Source: Thermoplasmata archaeon (GTDB lineage: Archaea; Thermoplasmatota; Thermoplasmata; Lutacidiplasmatales; SKW197). Taken from it: a stretch of 64,000 bases of DNA. The first letter of the stretch is position 1, and every line of letters begins with the position of its first letter. The DNA lies in the NCBI GenBank assembly GCA_038874435.1, contig JAVZCK010000009.1, positions 22,977 to 86,976 on the forward strand, in the 5' to 3' direction. The notes below the pieces were generated by a model. It ran no database searches and was not told where the DNA came from. It worked only from the letters and a program-made list of their open reading frames with translations. The position numbers were made by a program, and so were the translations under genes. This document shows, piece by piece, positions 1 to 9,428 of this stretch.

Positions 1-3000
1 TAACTGCCAATGCTGAAGCTCTGGTAGAGTCCATCATCTGAGGTCTTGGTCACCGTAACCATCTGGGTCCAACCACTACTCCCTACCTCTCCTTCTCCTG
101 TTGGGGAATAATAGAACACAAAATTGTCATTCTCTGAATTTGAGGTTTTATACGCCTTAACATAGAAAGTAAGTGTCCTTGTTGAAACTCCACCAGTGTT
201 CAATGAGAAATTCCACTTGTGCTCCAATCTGCTTCCCGGCTTCAAAGAAAGGCTCGGTGCAAGCATAAATGCTTCTGTGGGGTTCGAATACTGACTTAAT
301 GATGTGCTGTGGGTCTTTCTCCAGGTCCATGCCGAACCATCCCATGTCCAGGTGTTCAGGTACCAATCTGTTTCGCATTCTGCATAAAATATGAGTCCGT
401 TTGCATCACACCTGAGTTGCGACCAAAATGTGTCACCTGCAGGCAAGTTTGGAAGGTTTACAGGTGAACTCCAGCTTGTTCCGTCCCAGTGCTTGTAAAC
501 CGTGTTGGTACTATCCCCATATACCAATATTATATGGCCAGCATGTCCTGACTGCGTCTCAAACACTGCGTCTGCACACCTCCCAGCATTGGTTTCTACA
601 CTGGCATCATGTTCTGTGTCCAGTGTCCAGCTACTCCCACTCCACCGCACCGTGTTCAAATCAGTCAAACCATCCACGCTCACAACCACCAATCTGTTGC
701 TCAACGGGTCTGCCTTTATGGAAAACCAGTTGCATGTGCCCCCGACATTCACAGCTGTTAAAGGCGCCTCCCAGGAACCATTCAACCATCTTCTCGAATT
801 CATGTTTGTGCCCACGCCCCAAACAAACATGGCGTATCCTGAAATTGATTCATAGACCACATCATGGCATTGCTCAGTCGCTATTGAAAGTGTTTGTGTG
901 AGTAACTGCTCACTCCAGAAATTCGTGCCATTCCAGATTATTCCTGCTGCATCACTGTTTGAGTCCGCAACCAGAAGAGCAATCTCATCAGTGTAAGGGT
1001 CTGAGGCAGCTTCTATCCAGTAAATATTCCCGGTAATTGTGGATAATGTATAAGAGTTTGGTTCACTCCAGGCAGTGCCATTCCATATCTGGTAGTAAAT
1101 TGTTGGTCCTGGCCCGCCAGAGTAGAAAATAATTGCATCCCCACTCAGGGTTTCAAACGCTATATCGTGTTGTCTGTAGGCAGGTACGTAATAAGCATAG
1201 TCAGTTACTATTCTTGGAGTGTACCATGTGTTCGTGGTTCCGTTCCAGACATTCACCCAGATTTCAGATGGTGCTGTGTTGTCTCCAGCCACTGCACTCA
1301 CCACAATTTCGTTCCTCGCCGGGTTTGATTTTGCACGCACATTTTCTATTGTGGCTGCAAATGTGCCATCCGGTGTTTCAGAACCCCAACCACTGCCATC
1401 CCATACAGAATAGTCAAGAGGAGTATATGTGTATTCCCCATATGTGATAAGAGTATCAGTGATTCCTGAGTTTATCTGAAGTTCTGTTAACTGCTCGTAG
1501 GTATTGTCTGAGGAAAAAGTGGCGGCATAGTCGTTCGTTCTAACACCTGTTTTTGTTTTTTCACTGCTTGCGAAAAATGTTTTCGTGCCTGCCTCGGTCA
1601 CATTCCAGCCCACACCATCAACTACCTGCGTGTCAAGATAACTGCCTGAAGTTGTGATTTCATCAACTACATCCACACTCCCATTAACACTGGCTAACCC
1701 AATATGGGTGTGTGTCCCGTGTCCCACATCTGCAAGTATTACATCACCATCGCTTGAGTCAATGGTTGTGACATTCACATTATACTTGAACTGAGCGTTG
1801 AAATCCACCACAGTAGTGTGATTGTAACTCCCTGTCTGTGGGTCCCTGATGCCAGGGTCGCCGTTATACACATAGGCCTTGTTCCTTCCAGGTGCACCGA
1901 CAACAAAGTCGTTCCAGGCATCGCCATTCGTATTCCCTATTCCTGCTACAGAATATCCAAACAACTCATTCGCCTTGATTTCGCCCTTCAGTGTGAGGTT
2001 TGCATTGGTTGCTGAGATTGGCACTGTTGGAGACCAGATGGAAACGCCATCGCCGAGAAACACATAGGCCTTGCCTGCATTTGCTGCGTAGCCGACAGTA
2101 GCATTTGGTGCACCAACCACAAAATCACCGTAGTTTCCTGTGCCATTCACATCCCCACAGCCAGCCACACTCCAGCCAAATTTATCTCCCGGGCTCTCGC
2201 CAACAAATGTGCCGTTGCTGTCCCTCCAGGCCTCATAAAAGTGCTGGGCTGTTGAGTTTCTGTCCCAGGTTGTGTTTCCAAAGAAAACATAGACACTTCC
2301 TTTGCTTGAAGAATTATCTGGAGCACCAACTATGAGGTCATAGACCCCATCACCGTTCAAATCGCTCCCGTTTGCCACACTCCAGCCAAAGTGGTCGCCT
2401 GCAGTTGCTCCCCAGATTGTAACTGTGGCATTCACCGTGTCATTCCACACATCAAAGTATGGCTTGCCAAGGAAGATGAAAACTGCACCGCATCCGGGCT
2501 TACTTCCATCACTGGAATTGTTGTAAGGTGCCCCTATCACCACATCATCGTAGCCATCGTTGTTCAAATCCACGACTGCAACACTGAAACCTGCCTGACT
2601 GCTTGAAGTGCCATTAATCTTTGCACTACCCACATCTCCACTGAAATTCAAAATCCCATGCTGAAGCCCCCGAGTGTCAGGTACTGCCCCAAACAAACCC
2701 TCGAGTTCAAGCCTTGGCTCAAGGTAAAGCCTTGTATAGATGTTGTCCACATAGCGTGACTGATTCAGCGGAGGATACATTTCCCAGGTCTTATTTGCTC
2801 CTGCCTTTATGCTCTCATAGTAAGTTGCGGGCTTATCTCCAATCGTGTCATTTACAATGAGCCGTGGGCTTTCTGTGGTGTTGTCATGCAGGAACATTGT
2901 TCTTGGAGTTTCTGCCTTCGTTACATTTGTCTTGTAATCCATGGGAGCACTTGCATATTGCTTTCCCTGGCTCTCAAAGTAAATGTAGGAAACGGGAAGA

Positions 3001-3038
3001 AGCAGAAGCACGAGCAAAAAAGCAATAATTTTCCTCAT
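1..3038 (-). CDS. Secreted FG-GAP (integrin-alpha-like) repeat protein with C-terminal Trp-rich propeller-like repeats; C-terminus lies beyond window start (at least 1012 codons)
   Basis: Absent from ORF track because it has no stop in the window. My minus-strand translation from ATG 3038..3036 stays open to position 1. Signal-like N-terminus MRKIIAFLLVLLLLPV. About five FG-GAP units (FGWSVA..GD(L/V)NGDG..D(L/F)(I/V)VGAP; FGYSVAGIGNTNGDAWNDFVVGAP), then about 8 repeats built on (V/I)W(N/D)G(T/S)xW. Confidence 0.8.
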   Translation of the reverse strand, partial: MRKIIAFLLVLLLLPVSYIYFESQGKQYASAPMDYKTNVTKAETPRTMFLHDNTTESPRLIVNDTIGDKPATYYESIKAGANKTWEMYPPLNQSRYVDNIYTRLYLEPRLELEGLFGAVPDTRGLQHGILNFSGDVGSAKINGTSSSQAGFSVAVVDLNNDGYDDVVIGAPYNNSSDGSKPGCGAVFIFLGKPYFDVWNDTVNATVTIWGATAGDHFGWSVANGSDLNGDGVYDLIVGAPDNSSSKGSVYVFFGNTTWDRNSTAQHFYEAWRDSNGTFVGESPGDKFGWSVAGCGDVNGTGNYGDFVVGAPNATVGYAANAGKAYVFLGDGVSIWSPTVPISATNANLTLKGEIKANELFGYSVAGIGNTNGDAWNDFVVGAPGRNKAYVYNGDPGIRDPQTGSYNHTTVVDFNAQFKYNVNVTTIDSSDGDVILADVGHGTHTHIGLASVNGSVDVVDEITTSGSYLDTQVVDGVGWNVTEAGTKTFFASSEKTKTGVRTNDYAATFSSDNTYEQLTELQINSGITDTLITYGEYTYTPLDYSVWDGSGWGSETPDGTFAATIENVRAKSNPARNEIVVSAVAGDNTAPSEIWVNVWNGTTNTWYTPRIVTDYAYYVPAYRQHDIAFETLSGDAIIFYSGGPGPTIYYQIWNGTAWSEPNSYTLSTITGNIYWIEAASDPYTDEIALLVADSNSDAAGIIWNGTNFWSEQLLTQTLSIATEQCHDVVYESISGYAMFVWGVGTNMNSRRWLNGSWEAPLTAVNVGGTCNWFSIKADPLSNRLVVVSVDGLTDLNTVRWSGSSWTLDTEHDASVETNAGRCADAVFETQSGHAGHIILVYGDSTNTVYKHWDGTSWSSPVNLPNLPAGDTFWSQLRCDANGLIFYAECETDWYLNTWTWDGSAWTWRKTHSTSLSQYSNPTEAFMLAPSLSLKPGSRLEHKWNFSLNTGGVSTRTLTFYVKAYKTSNSENDNFVFYYSPTGEGEVGSSGWTQMVTVTKTSDDGLYQSFSIGS

Positions 3039-3796
3039 GTCTCACTCTCCGTGAAGAACTTAATTGTGCCAGTGTAGTCCTTTGTCTCCACGCCAGTGGG
3101 CACAATCAAAACAATCTCAATCCAGACAAAGTTTGCATAGCCCCAGGTTGCAGTGTCATTTATCATGTGTTGTGAGCTTGAATTGAACACCCAGAGCTTG
3201 TTGTTGTCATCCCAGGTAGCATTGTTGTATGGCCATTTGCCACCAGCATAGGAAGTGTTGTTATCGTAGCCAAGATAACTTCCCACATAGCCAGTCCCAT
3301 TCGCTAATTTCCAGTAACTCTGCCCCCCAGTTCTTCCACCACCATCTCCATTATAAAGCAGTGAGAAGTTCTGGTTCTGCTCGCAAATAATATCTGGTGG
3401 AAGCACGGAACTGTCAACGGGAATTGTGGGGTTCGCATGGGCATAGATTCTCAGCCAGTTTGCTGCCTCCCCAGAAACCTCTGCAGAAGTCACTCTAATC
3501 GGATATGGCTCCACATTCACAATTGCAAACGCAGTAACCCATGTCCTCTTTGTACCGCCCATCCAGTTTCCGAGATGCAGTGTGTAAGTGCCTGAGGAAT
3601 TGTTTAGCACATACTGAGTTGTAGAATAATCAAATTCGTCTATGTCTCTTGCAATAAACTGAATCATGGAATCCTTTGTTGAGATTGTCGTATTTGTATT
3701 TGCACCAGGTGATTTTCCATACTGAATGCTCATAACTCCTGCGGTGAGCGAGAGCATCAATAACACCACAAGCACCGTCTTGATCTTCCACTTCAT
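3035..3796 (-). CDS. Secreted or membrane-anchored hypothetical protein rich in N-glycosylation sequons
   Basis: ORF track, 253 aa. Signal-like N-terminus MKWKIKTVLVVLLMLSLTAGVMS and many NxS/T sites. Its TGA (3037..3035) overlaps the ATG (3038..3036) of the FG-GAP gene as ATGA. No family recognised. Confidence 0.6.
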   Translation of the reverse strand: MKWKIKTVLVVLLMLSLTAGVMSIQYGKSPGANTNTTISTKDSMIQFIARDIDEFDYSTTQYVLNNSSGTYTLHLGNWMGGTKRTWVTAFAIVNVEPYPIRVTSAEVSGEAANWLRIYAHANPTIPVDSSVLPPDIICEQNQNFSLLYNGDGGGRTGGQSYWKLANGTGYVGSYLGYDNNTSYAGGKWPYNNATWDDNNKLWVFNSSSQHMINDTATWGYANFVWIEIVLIVPTGVETKDYTGTIKFFTESET

Positions 3797-3849
3797 TTCT
3801 ACATATAATGGGAGTTTGGGTATATATGGCTTTCCCCTTCGCCAAAAAG

Positions 3850-3958
3850 TGTCGGGGACGGGATTTGAACCCGTGACCCCCGGATTTCTCCGGGAGTTTT
3901 TTATCTGAAAGAAACTACCCTATGAGTCCGATGCTCCACCAGGCTGAGCCACCCCGAC
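3850..3958 (-). tRNA. Intron-containing tRNA with anticodon CAU (elongator Met, or Ile2 if C34 is modified)
   Basis: Hand-folded cloverleaf. Acceptor GTCGGGG/CCCCGAC, D stem GCTC/GAGC, anticodon stem TCGGA/TCCGG with loop CTCATA|A, T arm ACGGG-TTCAAAT-CCCGT, discriminator A. A 35-nt insert (GGGTAG...GGAGAA) sits at the canonical 37/38 position. No encoded CCA. Not initiator-like. Confidence 0.85.
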
Positions 3959-3961
3959 ACT

Positions 3962-4642
3962 TTACTCTTTCTTCTCTTCAACTATCTCTTCCTCTATCGG
4001 TTCCTTCTTTTCTGGCTCGGCTGGAGGAAGAGCAGATTTCTTTAACACAACGCTTTTCCTTATCTCAATTTTCTTGAGTGGGTAAACTGTTTTGCAGGAT
4101 TTAGCCAAAATATTGCTCAATTCACCGGAAACTATATCTTTCACAACTTCACTCAGCGTTTTCTCGCTCACAACCTTCTTCAGCGTTTCTTCAATTTTAT
4201 GTCTTATGGTTGCCTCCTGTCTTGACTGCAGATGCTTCTCTGCAATACTTACTGGTTTGATTGCTATCAACACATTATCTTTGGTAGTTAGACGATAGGA
4301 ACCCTCAATTTTGGTTCTTCTTCGTCTCGTGAGTCTTCTGATGTAGTCAGAAGTCATGTCATGGCCCACAAACTCAGTATGGGCATCAAACCCCTTTACT
4401 TCATTAACTTTGAAAAACAGCTTGATATGCGATTTCGCAATGTTTCCAGTCAGGTCTTGAGCAGAGACCTCCTGTGTTCTGCCTATCATTTTGGCCGGCT
4501 CATCCGCGACACTTCTACCAATTTCGATTCCTCCGAACATTTCTGGTGCAAGGATTCTGTATTCTTGCTTCGCTTTCCATTTATCCTTTACCTTTTTAGG
4601 AACTGATTTCTTTGCCTGCGTCTGCGTTTCTTCTTTAGGCAT
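3962..4642 (-). CDS. rps3ae: 30S ribosomal protein S3Ae (eS1)
   Basis: ORF 3962..4678 starts at a TTG. An ATG at 4642..4640 is preceded by GGAGG (4653..4649). The product MPKEETQTQAKK...EYRILAPEMFGG...TSDYIRRLTRRRRTKIEG...YPLKKIEIRKS matches the eS1 family pattern. Confidence 0.9.
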   Translation of the reverse strand: MPKEETQTQAKKSVPKKVKDKWKAKQEYRILAPEMFGGIEIGRSVADEPAKMIGRTQEVSAQDLTGNIAKSHIKLFFKVNEVKGFDAHTEFVGHDMTSDYIRRLTRRRRTKIEGSYRLTTKDNVLIAIKPVSIAEKHLQSRQEATIRHKIEETLKKVVSEKTLSEVVKDIVSGELSNILAKSCKTVYPLKKIEIRKSVVLKKSALPPAEPEKKEPIEEEIVEEKKE

Positions 4643-4763
4643 GGTAATCCTCCATCCTGTGTCACAAAAATCAGCCAATATTTAAAGTTTCTTGGTAGCA
4701 GTTCTTGCGATTCCCGACAGCAAAGAATATATCTCAGGAGGACTTTAGAGAACTGGTGATATA
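4643..4763. promoter_or_regulatory. Divergent promoter region (rps3ae on minus, surface protein gene on plus)
   Basis: TATA-like TTTAAATATT on the minus strand at about 4677..4686, roughly 35-44 nt upstream of ATG 4642. TATA-like AAGAATATATC at 4723..4733, about 30-40 nt upstream of ATG 4764, with GGTGAT just before that ATG. Motif inspection only. Confidence 0.35.
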
Positions 4764-5822
4764 ATGAAACATGTGAACAGAAGCATCTACCAGGGAAAAG
4801 GTTTTGTGAATGGACACAAAGCCGTGCTCCATGCAGAAAAACCTCAGGGAATAGACATTGTCACGCTGGTCACACTGGGGGCTATTTTACTTCTAATCGT
4901 AGCAATGTTTACTTATACTTTGCTTAATGGAGGTTCTTTCTCAGGCAGCCACCAGTCACAGTCAACCACCAAGGGCACTACTTCCAACTCACAGAACATT
5001 CTGGCTTCCGGTGCTGTTGATGTGCATCCAGTTTACGCAGCTCTCGACGAAAACATACCCTTTGCAATAAGGTTCACATTCACGGGCAACGCCTCCACCA
5101 CCTACAGAGTGGGAGCATGGATATATGGAGGCGTCACGAATGTCAACTACTCTCAAGTGTGGACTAACGGCAACTTTTCAAACACAAGTGCTCCCTGGGG
5201 CTGGCACAACCAGAGTTATTACACATACTTTGTCACAAATGAAACAGGTAAATTCAGCCACTGGCTTGTAATGCGTTCTACGGGCATGGTACCTCTCTCC
5301 ACCTATGACTATGTCCTCCGTGTGCGATTCTACGAGTGGAATGGCACAAACTGGAATACTCTCAACACCGTTGAATACAAAAACTCAACTGGTACATTCA
5401 AACTTGTGAATGTCACACAGGCGGGAAGTGGTTCCATTGAAACGGGCGGCTGGATTTGGGGCTATGTGAACTCAAGTACAAAAGCCCCACTTGACAACAG
5501 AGTTGTCGTAGTTAAGGACACCAGCGGGACCGTGCTTGGCACCACATTTACAGAAATTAATGGCGTGGACGAGGGTTACGATGGTTTCGGAAGCGGATAT
5601 TACAAGGTTGCAGTGAAGGAAGGAAGCAACTACAATGTTGAGGTCTGGTATGATACGGAATTGCGTGGCTCAATAAGCGGTGTGTCTGTGAGCGGGACTC
5701 AAGGTACCCATGTTGACATTATTGCTGATGCAACACCAGAAGGTGTCTCAGCAATCGCAGTATTCGCTGGGCTGATGTCGGTGGCTCTCCTCTCAGCCAT
5801 ACGAACAACGAAAAAATTCTAA
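4764..5822 (+). CDS. Surface protein with N-terminal TM helix, glycosylation-sequon-rich ectodomain and C-terminal TM anchor
   Basis: ORF track, 352 aa. TM LVTLGAILLLIVAMFTYTLL and many NxS/T sites. Carboxypeptidase-regulatory-like beta-sandwich segment (VVVVKDTSGTVLG...GYYKVAVKEGSNYNVEVWY). C-terminus PEGVSAIAVFAGLMSVALLSAIRTTKKF. Confidence 0.7.
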   Translation: MKHVNRSIYQGKGFVNGHKAVLHAEKPQGIDIVTLVTLGAILLLIVAMFTYTLLNGGSFSGSHQSQSTTKGTTSNSQNILASGAVDVHPVYAALDENIPFAIRFTFTGNASTTYRVGAWIYGGVTNVNYSQVWTNGNFSNTSAPWGWHNQSYYTYFVTNETGKFSHWLVMRSTGMVPLSTYDYVLRVRFYEWNGTNWNTLNTVEYKNSTGTFKLVNVTQAGSGSIETGGWIWGYVNSSTKAPLDNRVVVVKDTSGTVLGTTFTEINGVDEGYDGFGSGYYKVAVKEGSNYNVEVWYDTELRGSISGVSVSGTQGTHVDIIADATPEGVSAIAVFAGLMSVALLSAIRTTKKF

Positions 5823-5829
5823 ACCTTTT

Positions 5830-6945
5830 TTATTTCATATTCAGCATTTCATAAATGCTTTTGATGTGGCTAATTGTAGCATTCGTTCTAAACCCATTTG
5901 GGGAAATGTGGGTTCGCACAGTTCTGTAGCCGAGCATTCTAAGTGCTGAAATCAGTTTCTCAAGAGGTGGTGGTGAAAGATGAAAAATTTTGCCAAGTTC
6001 GTTAGTATCATAGAAAAATGGCTCTGCCGCGCATTCTTCACTCCAGATTTCCAGCATTCTATTGAATCGTCTCGAGGTGTTAAAATTTTCTCTGACAACC
6101 ATTTTTCTCAGGGCATCATTATCAAACAAGTTTCCAAGCCAGAGTGGTCCGAGTGCCTCCCGTTCAGGTGATAGCAAAGTTCTTACCTCGCCTGTTTTTT
6201 CATTAACAGAGAGGTAGCCCATATTCGCAAGACACGCATCAGCTCTCCCAGCACCATTTTCCACTTGAACAAAGGTACGGAAGTAATGGTCTGCATAGAA
6301 GCACACAAGCGGTTTAATTGCTCTGTCGAATTTTGCAGCTGTTCTTGCCACATAACCCAGAAAAATTCTGAGACCGATTTCATGGCACATGTAATTATTT
6401 CTGCTCTTAGCCATATATCTTCTCACGCACACTTTCGGGGCTGTGCCGCAGAGCACAGAAGTATCTGTTGTAGAAACGCCAATAATTCCACGCCTCTTTA
6501 TGCTCTGAAAGGCAAGGTCAAGGTATTCCACTGGACTACCAAAAGGGTCCACATCAATATAATCATAAGCACTGGTTGCAAGAATTTCGTTTAGATTTTT
6601 ATTTTCAACCTCGGCCTCCAATTTATTCAGCTCCAAATTCTTTTTTATCAATTTAACTGCAAGCGGATTTATGTCGTTGAGTGTCACCTCAAAGCGCTTT
6701 GAAACCTCGTTTTTTATTCTTATCCCTCTAATTCCCGTAGCAGCCATTCCATCGAGAACTTTTAGCTTCCTTCTTTTGTCCAGCAATCCGGAAAGCAAAC
6801 TAATGGTCACATCCCTCGCAAATTCCATGTTGGGATTGTAGAACACTGGCATCTTTGAACTTCCAGGACCTTTCACTCTCTGGTATGCAGGGACAAGGCA
6901 TACAGTGTTTCCTTCAGTAATTTCTTCAAGATAGAGTCCTCTCAC
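5830..6945 (-). CDS. trm1: tRNA (guanine(26)-N2)-dimethyltransferase Trm1
   Basis: ORF track, 371 aa, GTG start. FYNPNMEFARDVTISLL, LDGMAATGIRGIRI, IDVDPFGSP and the overall length fit the Trm1 family. Confidence 0.85.
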   Translation of the reverse strand: MRGLYLEEITEGNTVCLVPAYQRVKGPGSSKMPVFYNPNMEFARDVTISLLSGLLDKRRKLKVLDGMAATGIRGIRIKNEVSKRFEVTLNDINPLAVKLIKKNLELNKLEAEVENKNLNEILATSAYDYIDVDPFGSPVEYLDLAFQSIKRRGIIGVSTTDTSVLCGTAPKVCVRRYMAKSRNNYMCHEIGLRIFLGYVARTAAKFDRAIKPLVCFYADHYFRTFVQVENGAGRADACLANMGYLSVNEKTGEVRTLLSPEREALGPLWLGNLFDNDALRKMVVRENFNTSRRFNRMLEIWSEECAAEPFFYDTNELGKIFHLSPPPLEKLISALRMLGYRTVRTHISPNGFRTNATISHIKSIYEMLNMK

Positions 6946-7487
6946 AATGTCTCTCCCTTCAATAACTTCATTATTCTGAATGGTAGAAAATTTTTGTTGA
7001 TTGGCGTAACCTCCAGAATCCTTATATCGTCTCTCCTTCGTATATCCTGAAGTAAGGGATTTCTAGATTTTTTGTGTAATGTAATTATCACTGGCTTTTC
7101 AGAATCCAAAATCTCTTTCACAATATCAATAAACTCCTTGCTGCTCTCGACCTCCATTTTTCCAATCTCATCAATTACAATCACATCTGCCTTTTCCAAC
7201 GCCATTTTAAGGGACTCAACACCGAGTGTCTGAAGCACGGTGATGTCCACACCATACCTTCCCACTTTTATCTTGGACTCTTTTTTTATGTGAGCAAAAA
7301 TTTGACGCTCTTTGGTAAGCCAATTCACGATGTAAAATCCGATTCTTTTATTTTTCTCGAGGATTGGTTCAGTAATCATACCCCCAACAACCAATCCCTC
7401 ATTTTCAAGGCTCTCAATCAACTTCAGAAGAGTGGATGTCTTACCAGCGCCTGGGAGCCCTGTAATTCCAATCTTTAGATTCTGCAT
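6942..7487 (-). CDS. P-loop nucleoside-triphosphatase, THEP1 family
   Basis: ORF track, 181 aa. Walker A GLPGAGKTS, Walker B-like VIVIDEIGKMEVES. Its stop overlaps the trm1 GTG start (GTGA at 6945..6942). Confidence 0.75.
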   Translation of the reverse strand: MQNLKIGITGLPGAGKTSTLLKLIESLENEGLVVGGMITEPILEKNKRIGFYIVNWLTKERQIFAHIKKESKIKVGRYGVDITVLQTLGVESLKMALEKADVIVIDEIGKMEVESSKEFIDIVKEILDSEKPVIITLHKKSRNPLLQDIRRRDDIRILEVTPINKNFLPFRIMKLLKGETL

Positions 7488-7579
7488 AGTCCTCTTGGGA
7501 GGGTATACTATCGTAGAATATCTATTTTACGGCATTTTTAGAGTGAACCTATATATACCTCACTGCATTTTTCCTGTTG

Positions 7580-9391
7580 ATGTTCCGAGGAAGTTTGAAA
7601 AAACCTAGTGTCGGCGGGCTGATACTATTTGTACTACTGCTACCGCTTCTTAACTCTCAGGGAGCAATGGCGGAGGAAGGAGCAATAACTGTGTCTGCGG
7701 ATTTTGAAGTCCTGCAGTATGCTGAAGGAGGCGGGCACATCACATGGCGACTGGAGGGCGATGCAGCCACTGAATACAGACATGCCCTTCTGGTGCATCT
7801 CTATGGAGAAAATGCCACAACTGCAAGCATTTCAGCAAGAGACCTATTCAACAGATACTTTGTTGGCTATGGAAGTGTGGAAAATTGCCTGGAAGGAGTT
7901 CAGGGCTACAAAAAAATCAGGGTATGGGGTGTGGAAATTCGTCGCTCTGAGCCATTGAGCAAAGGGGACTATGGCTCAGGTGAAGCAGCGCTTGAGGTAG
8001 ACACCACAGGGCTTCTTGGCACAACATGGAACTCCCAGGAAAGCATTGAAATCAAATACCTGCTTGGGTGCAGAATGTATGAAGAAACAGAAAAATCTAA
8101 CCCAGTGCTGGCACATTTTGCTCTTGTGAAAGTGCTGTACGCGCCATTCTACTATGCAATTAACAACACCACAAAGCTTGAAGATATCCATGTAGGAATA
8201 GATGTGGTTAACCAAAGCGGCAACTGGTCCCTTGCACCATCTGCCTCTGATAAATACCCAGTAACATTCCACACTGTGGCGTATACAGTAGGTGCACTCT
8301 CATGCTCAGAATTTTCAGGAGTGAATCCTCTTGTGATAAGGACACCTGCGGGCTACATAATTAAACTGGATGCTACATACGACACTTGGCAACCTGCATC
8401 TTTCACATTTTCCACACTTGACCCGATAGAATCACCAGCGATACTTTTCGTAGTTTTGGTTATCTTCATTGTGCTTCTCCGATATTTTCCAAATACATTT
8501 TTCATGAGATATAGGCAGAAATTACCCAGGGAATTGAGAGCGAATGTCAAGAAAATTAGATGGTGGCATTACACAGTGCTTCTGCTCTGCATTCTCTACA
8601 TTCTGGTTTATTTCTTTGCAGCGGTCTACTTCGGTGGTATTGCAATGATTGTAATGGGTGTCCTGCTTGTTGTACCAGATGCTCTCGCCTCCTACTACCT
8701 CTACAAGAAAAAATTTGAAAAGATAAAGGTGATGCCAATAAAGAGAGAAGCGCCTCCTATGCCAATGCCCCAGCCACCTGTGGTCGCAGGCATTGACAAA
8801 ACAATTCAATGCAGCCAATGTGGCACCAGTTTTACAATTAAGTATGCTGGTGCACCTATGGAGGTGGAATGCCCCAAATGCCATGCAAGGGGAGTATTCA
8901 AAGGTGAAGAGAAAAAAACAATGAAGATAGAGCATGGGATGAACAATCTCTTGATAACAAGCGACATTGCTGGCTTTTACAAGCAGATAAACGAAATTTC
9001 AAAGCAACACCCTGTACTCTGCCTCTCTACCCAGTATCCAGATAAGCTTAAACAGGTTTATGGACTTGAAAATGCAAAATTTGAATGGATTTCCTCAATG
9101 AGCACGAAGGAGGGCACAAAACCCCTTGACCCCAAACGCCTTGAATTTGAAATTATGCTCACAATAAGCTCGTTCATGCGGAACAATCAGAAGGCAGTAG
9201 TGGTGATTGATGGACTGGAGATGCTCATCGTGGAAAATGGCTTTGATAAGGTGCTCAAGTTTGTGAAGAAGGTAGTTGATATTGCCAACACAACCCAATC
9301 AATGATTTATGTGCCCTTGAGTCCCGGGACACTAACTCCAGACCAGGAGGCAATGTTGAGTAAGGCATTTGATAAAGTGTGGAAGGACTGA
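7580..9391 (+). CDS. Sensor-like membrane protein: signal peptide + ectodomain, TM helices, cytoplasmic zinc ribbon, C-terminal DUF835 (KaiC-derived) domain
   Basis: ORF 7577 begins with TTG; an ATG follows at 7580. Signal LILFVLLLPLLNSQGAMA. TM segments (ILFVVLVIFIVLL; HYTVLLLCILYILVYFFAAVYFGGIAMIVMGVLLVV). CSQCG..x..CPKCH ribbon. The C-terminal ~150 aa (YPDKLKQVYGLENAKFEWIS...VVVIDGLEMLIVENGFDKVLKF) is clearly homologous to the C-terminus of the IleRS-like ORF. Confidence 0.75.
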   Translation: MFRGSLKKPSVGGLILFVLLLPLLNSQGAMAEEGAITVSADFEVLQYAEGGGHITWRLEGDAATEYRHALLVHLYGENATTASISARDLFNRYFVGYGSVENCLEGVQGYKKIRVWGVEIRRSEPLSKGDYGSGEAALEVDTTGLLGTTWNSQESIEIKYLLGCRMYEETEKSNPVLAHFALVKVLYAPFYYAINNTTKLEDIHVGIDVVNQSGNWSLAPSASDKYPVTFHTVAYTVGALSCSEFSGVNPLVIRTPAGYIIKLDATYDTWQPASFTFSTLDPIESPAILFVVLVIFIVLLRYFPNTFFMRYRQKLPRELRANVKKIRWWHYTVLLLCILYILVYFFAAVYFGGIAMIVMGVLLVVPDALASYYLYKKKFEKIKVMPIKREAPPMPMPQPPVVAGIDKTIQCSQCGTSFTIKYAGAPMEVECPKCHARGVFKGEEKKTMKIEHGMNNLLITSDIAGFYKQINEISKQHPVLCLSTQYPDKLKQVYGLENAKFEWISSMSTKEGTKPLDPKRLEFEIMLTISSFMRNNQKAVVVIDGLEMLIVENGFDKVLKFVKKVVDIANTTQSMIYVPLSPGTLTPDQEAMLSKAFDKVWKD

Positions 9392-9428
9392 TGTGAGCAT
9401 TAGTAAGCATTAAGGAGTTTGGCAATCC

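Noticed and set aside
428-2606. About ten plus-strand ORFs of 60-157 aa (428..901, 502..855, 1133..1447, 1818..2015, 2105..2335, 2391..2606, etc.)
   Set aside because: All lie antisense to, or in alternate frames of, the continuous minus-strand FG-GAP ORF, which has clear repeat motifs. Their products are Cys/His/Pro/Ser-rich and look non-protein-like.
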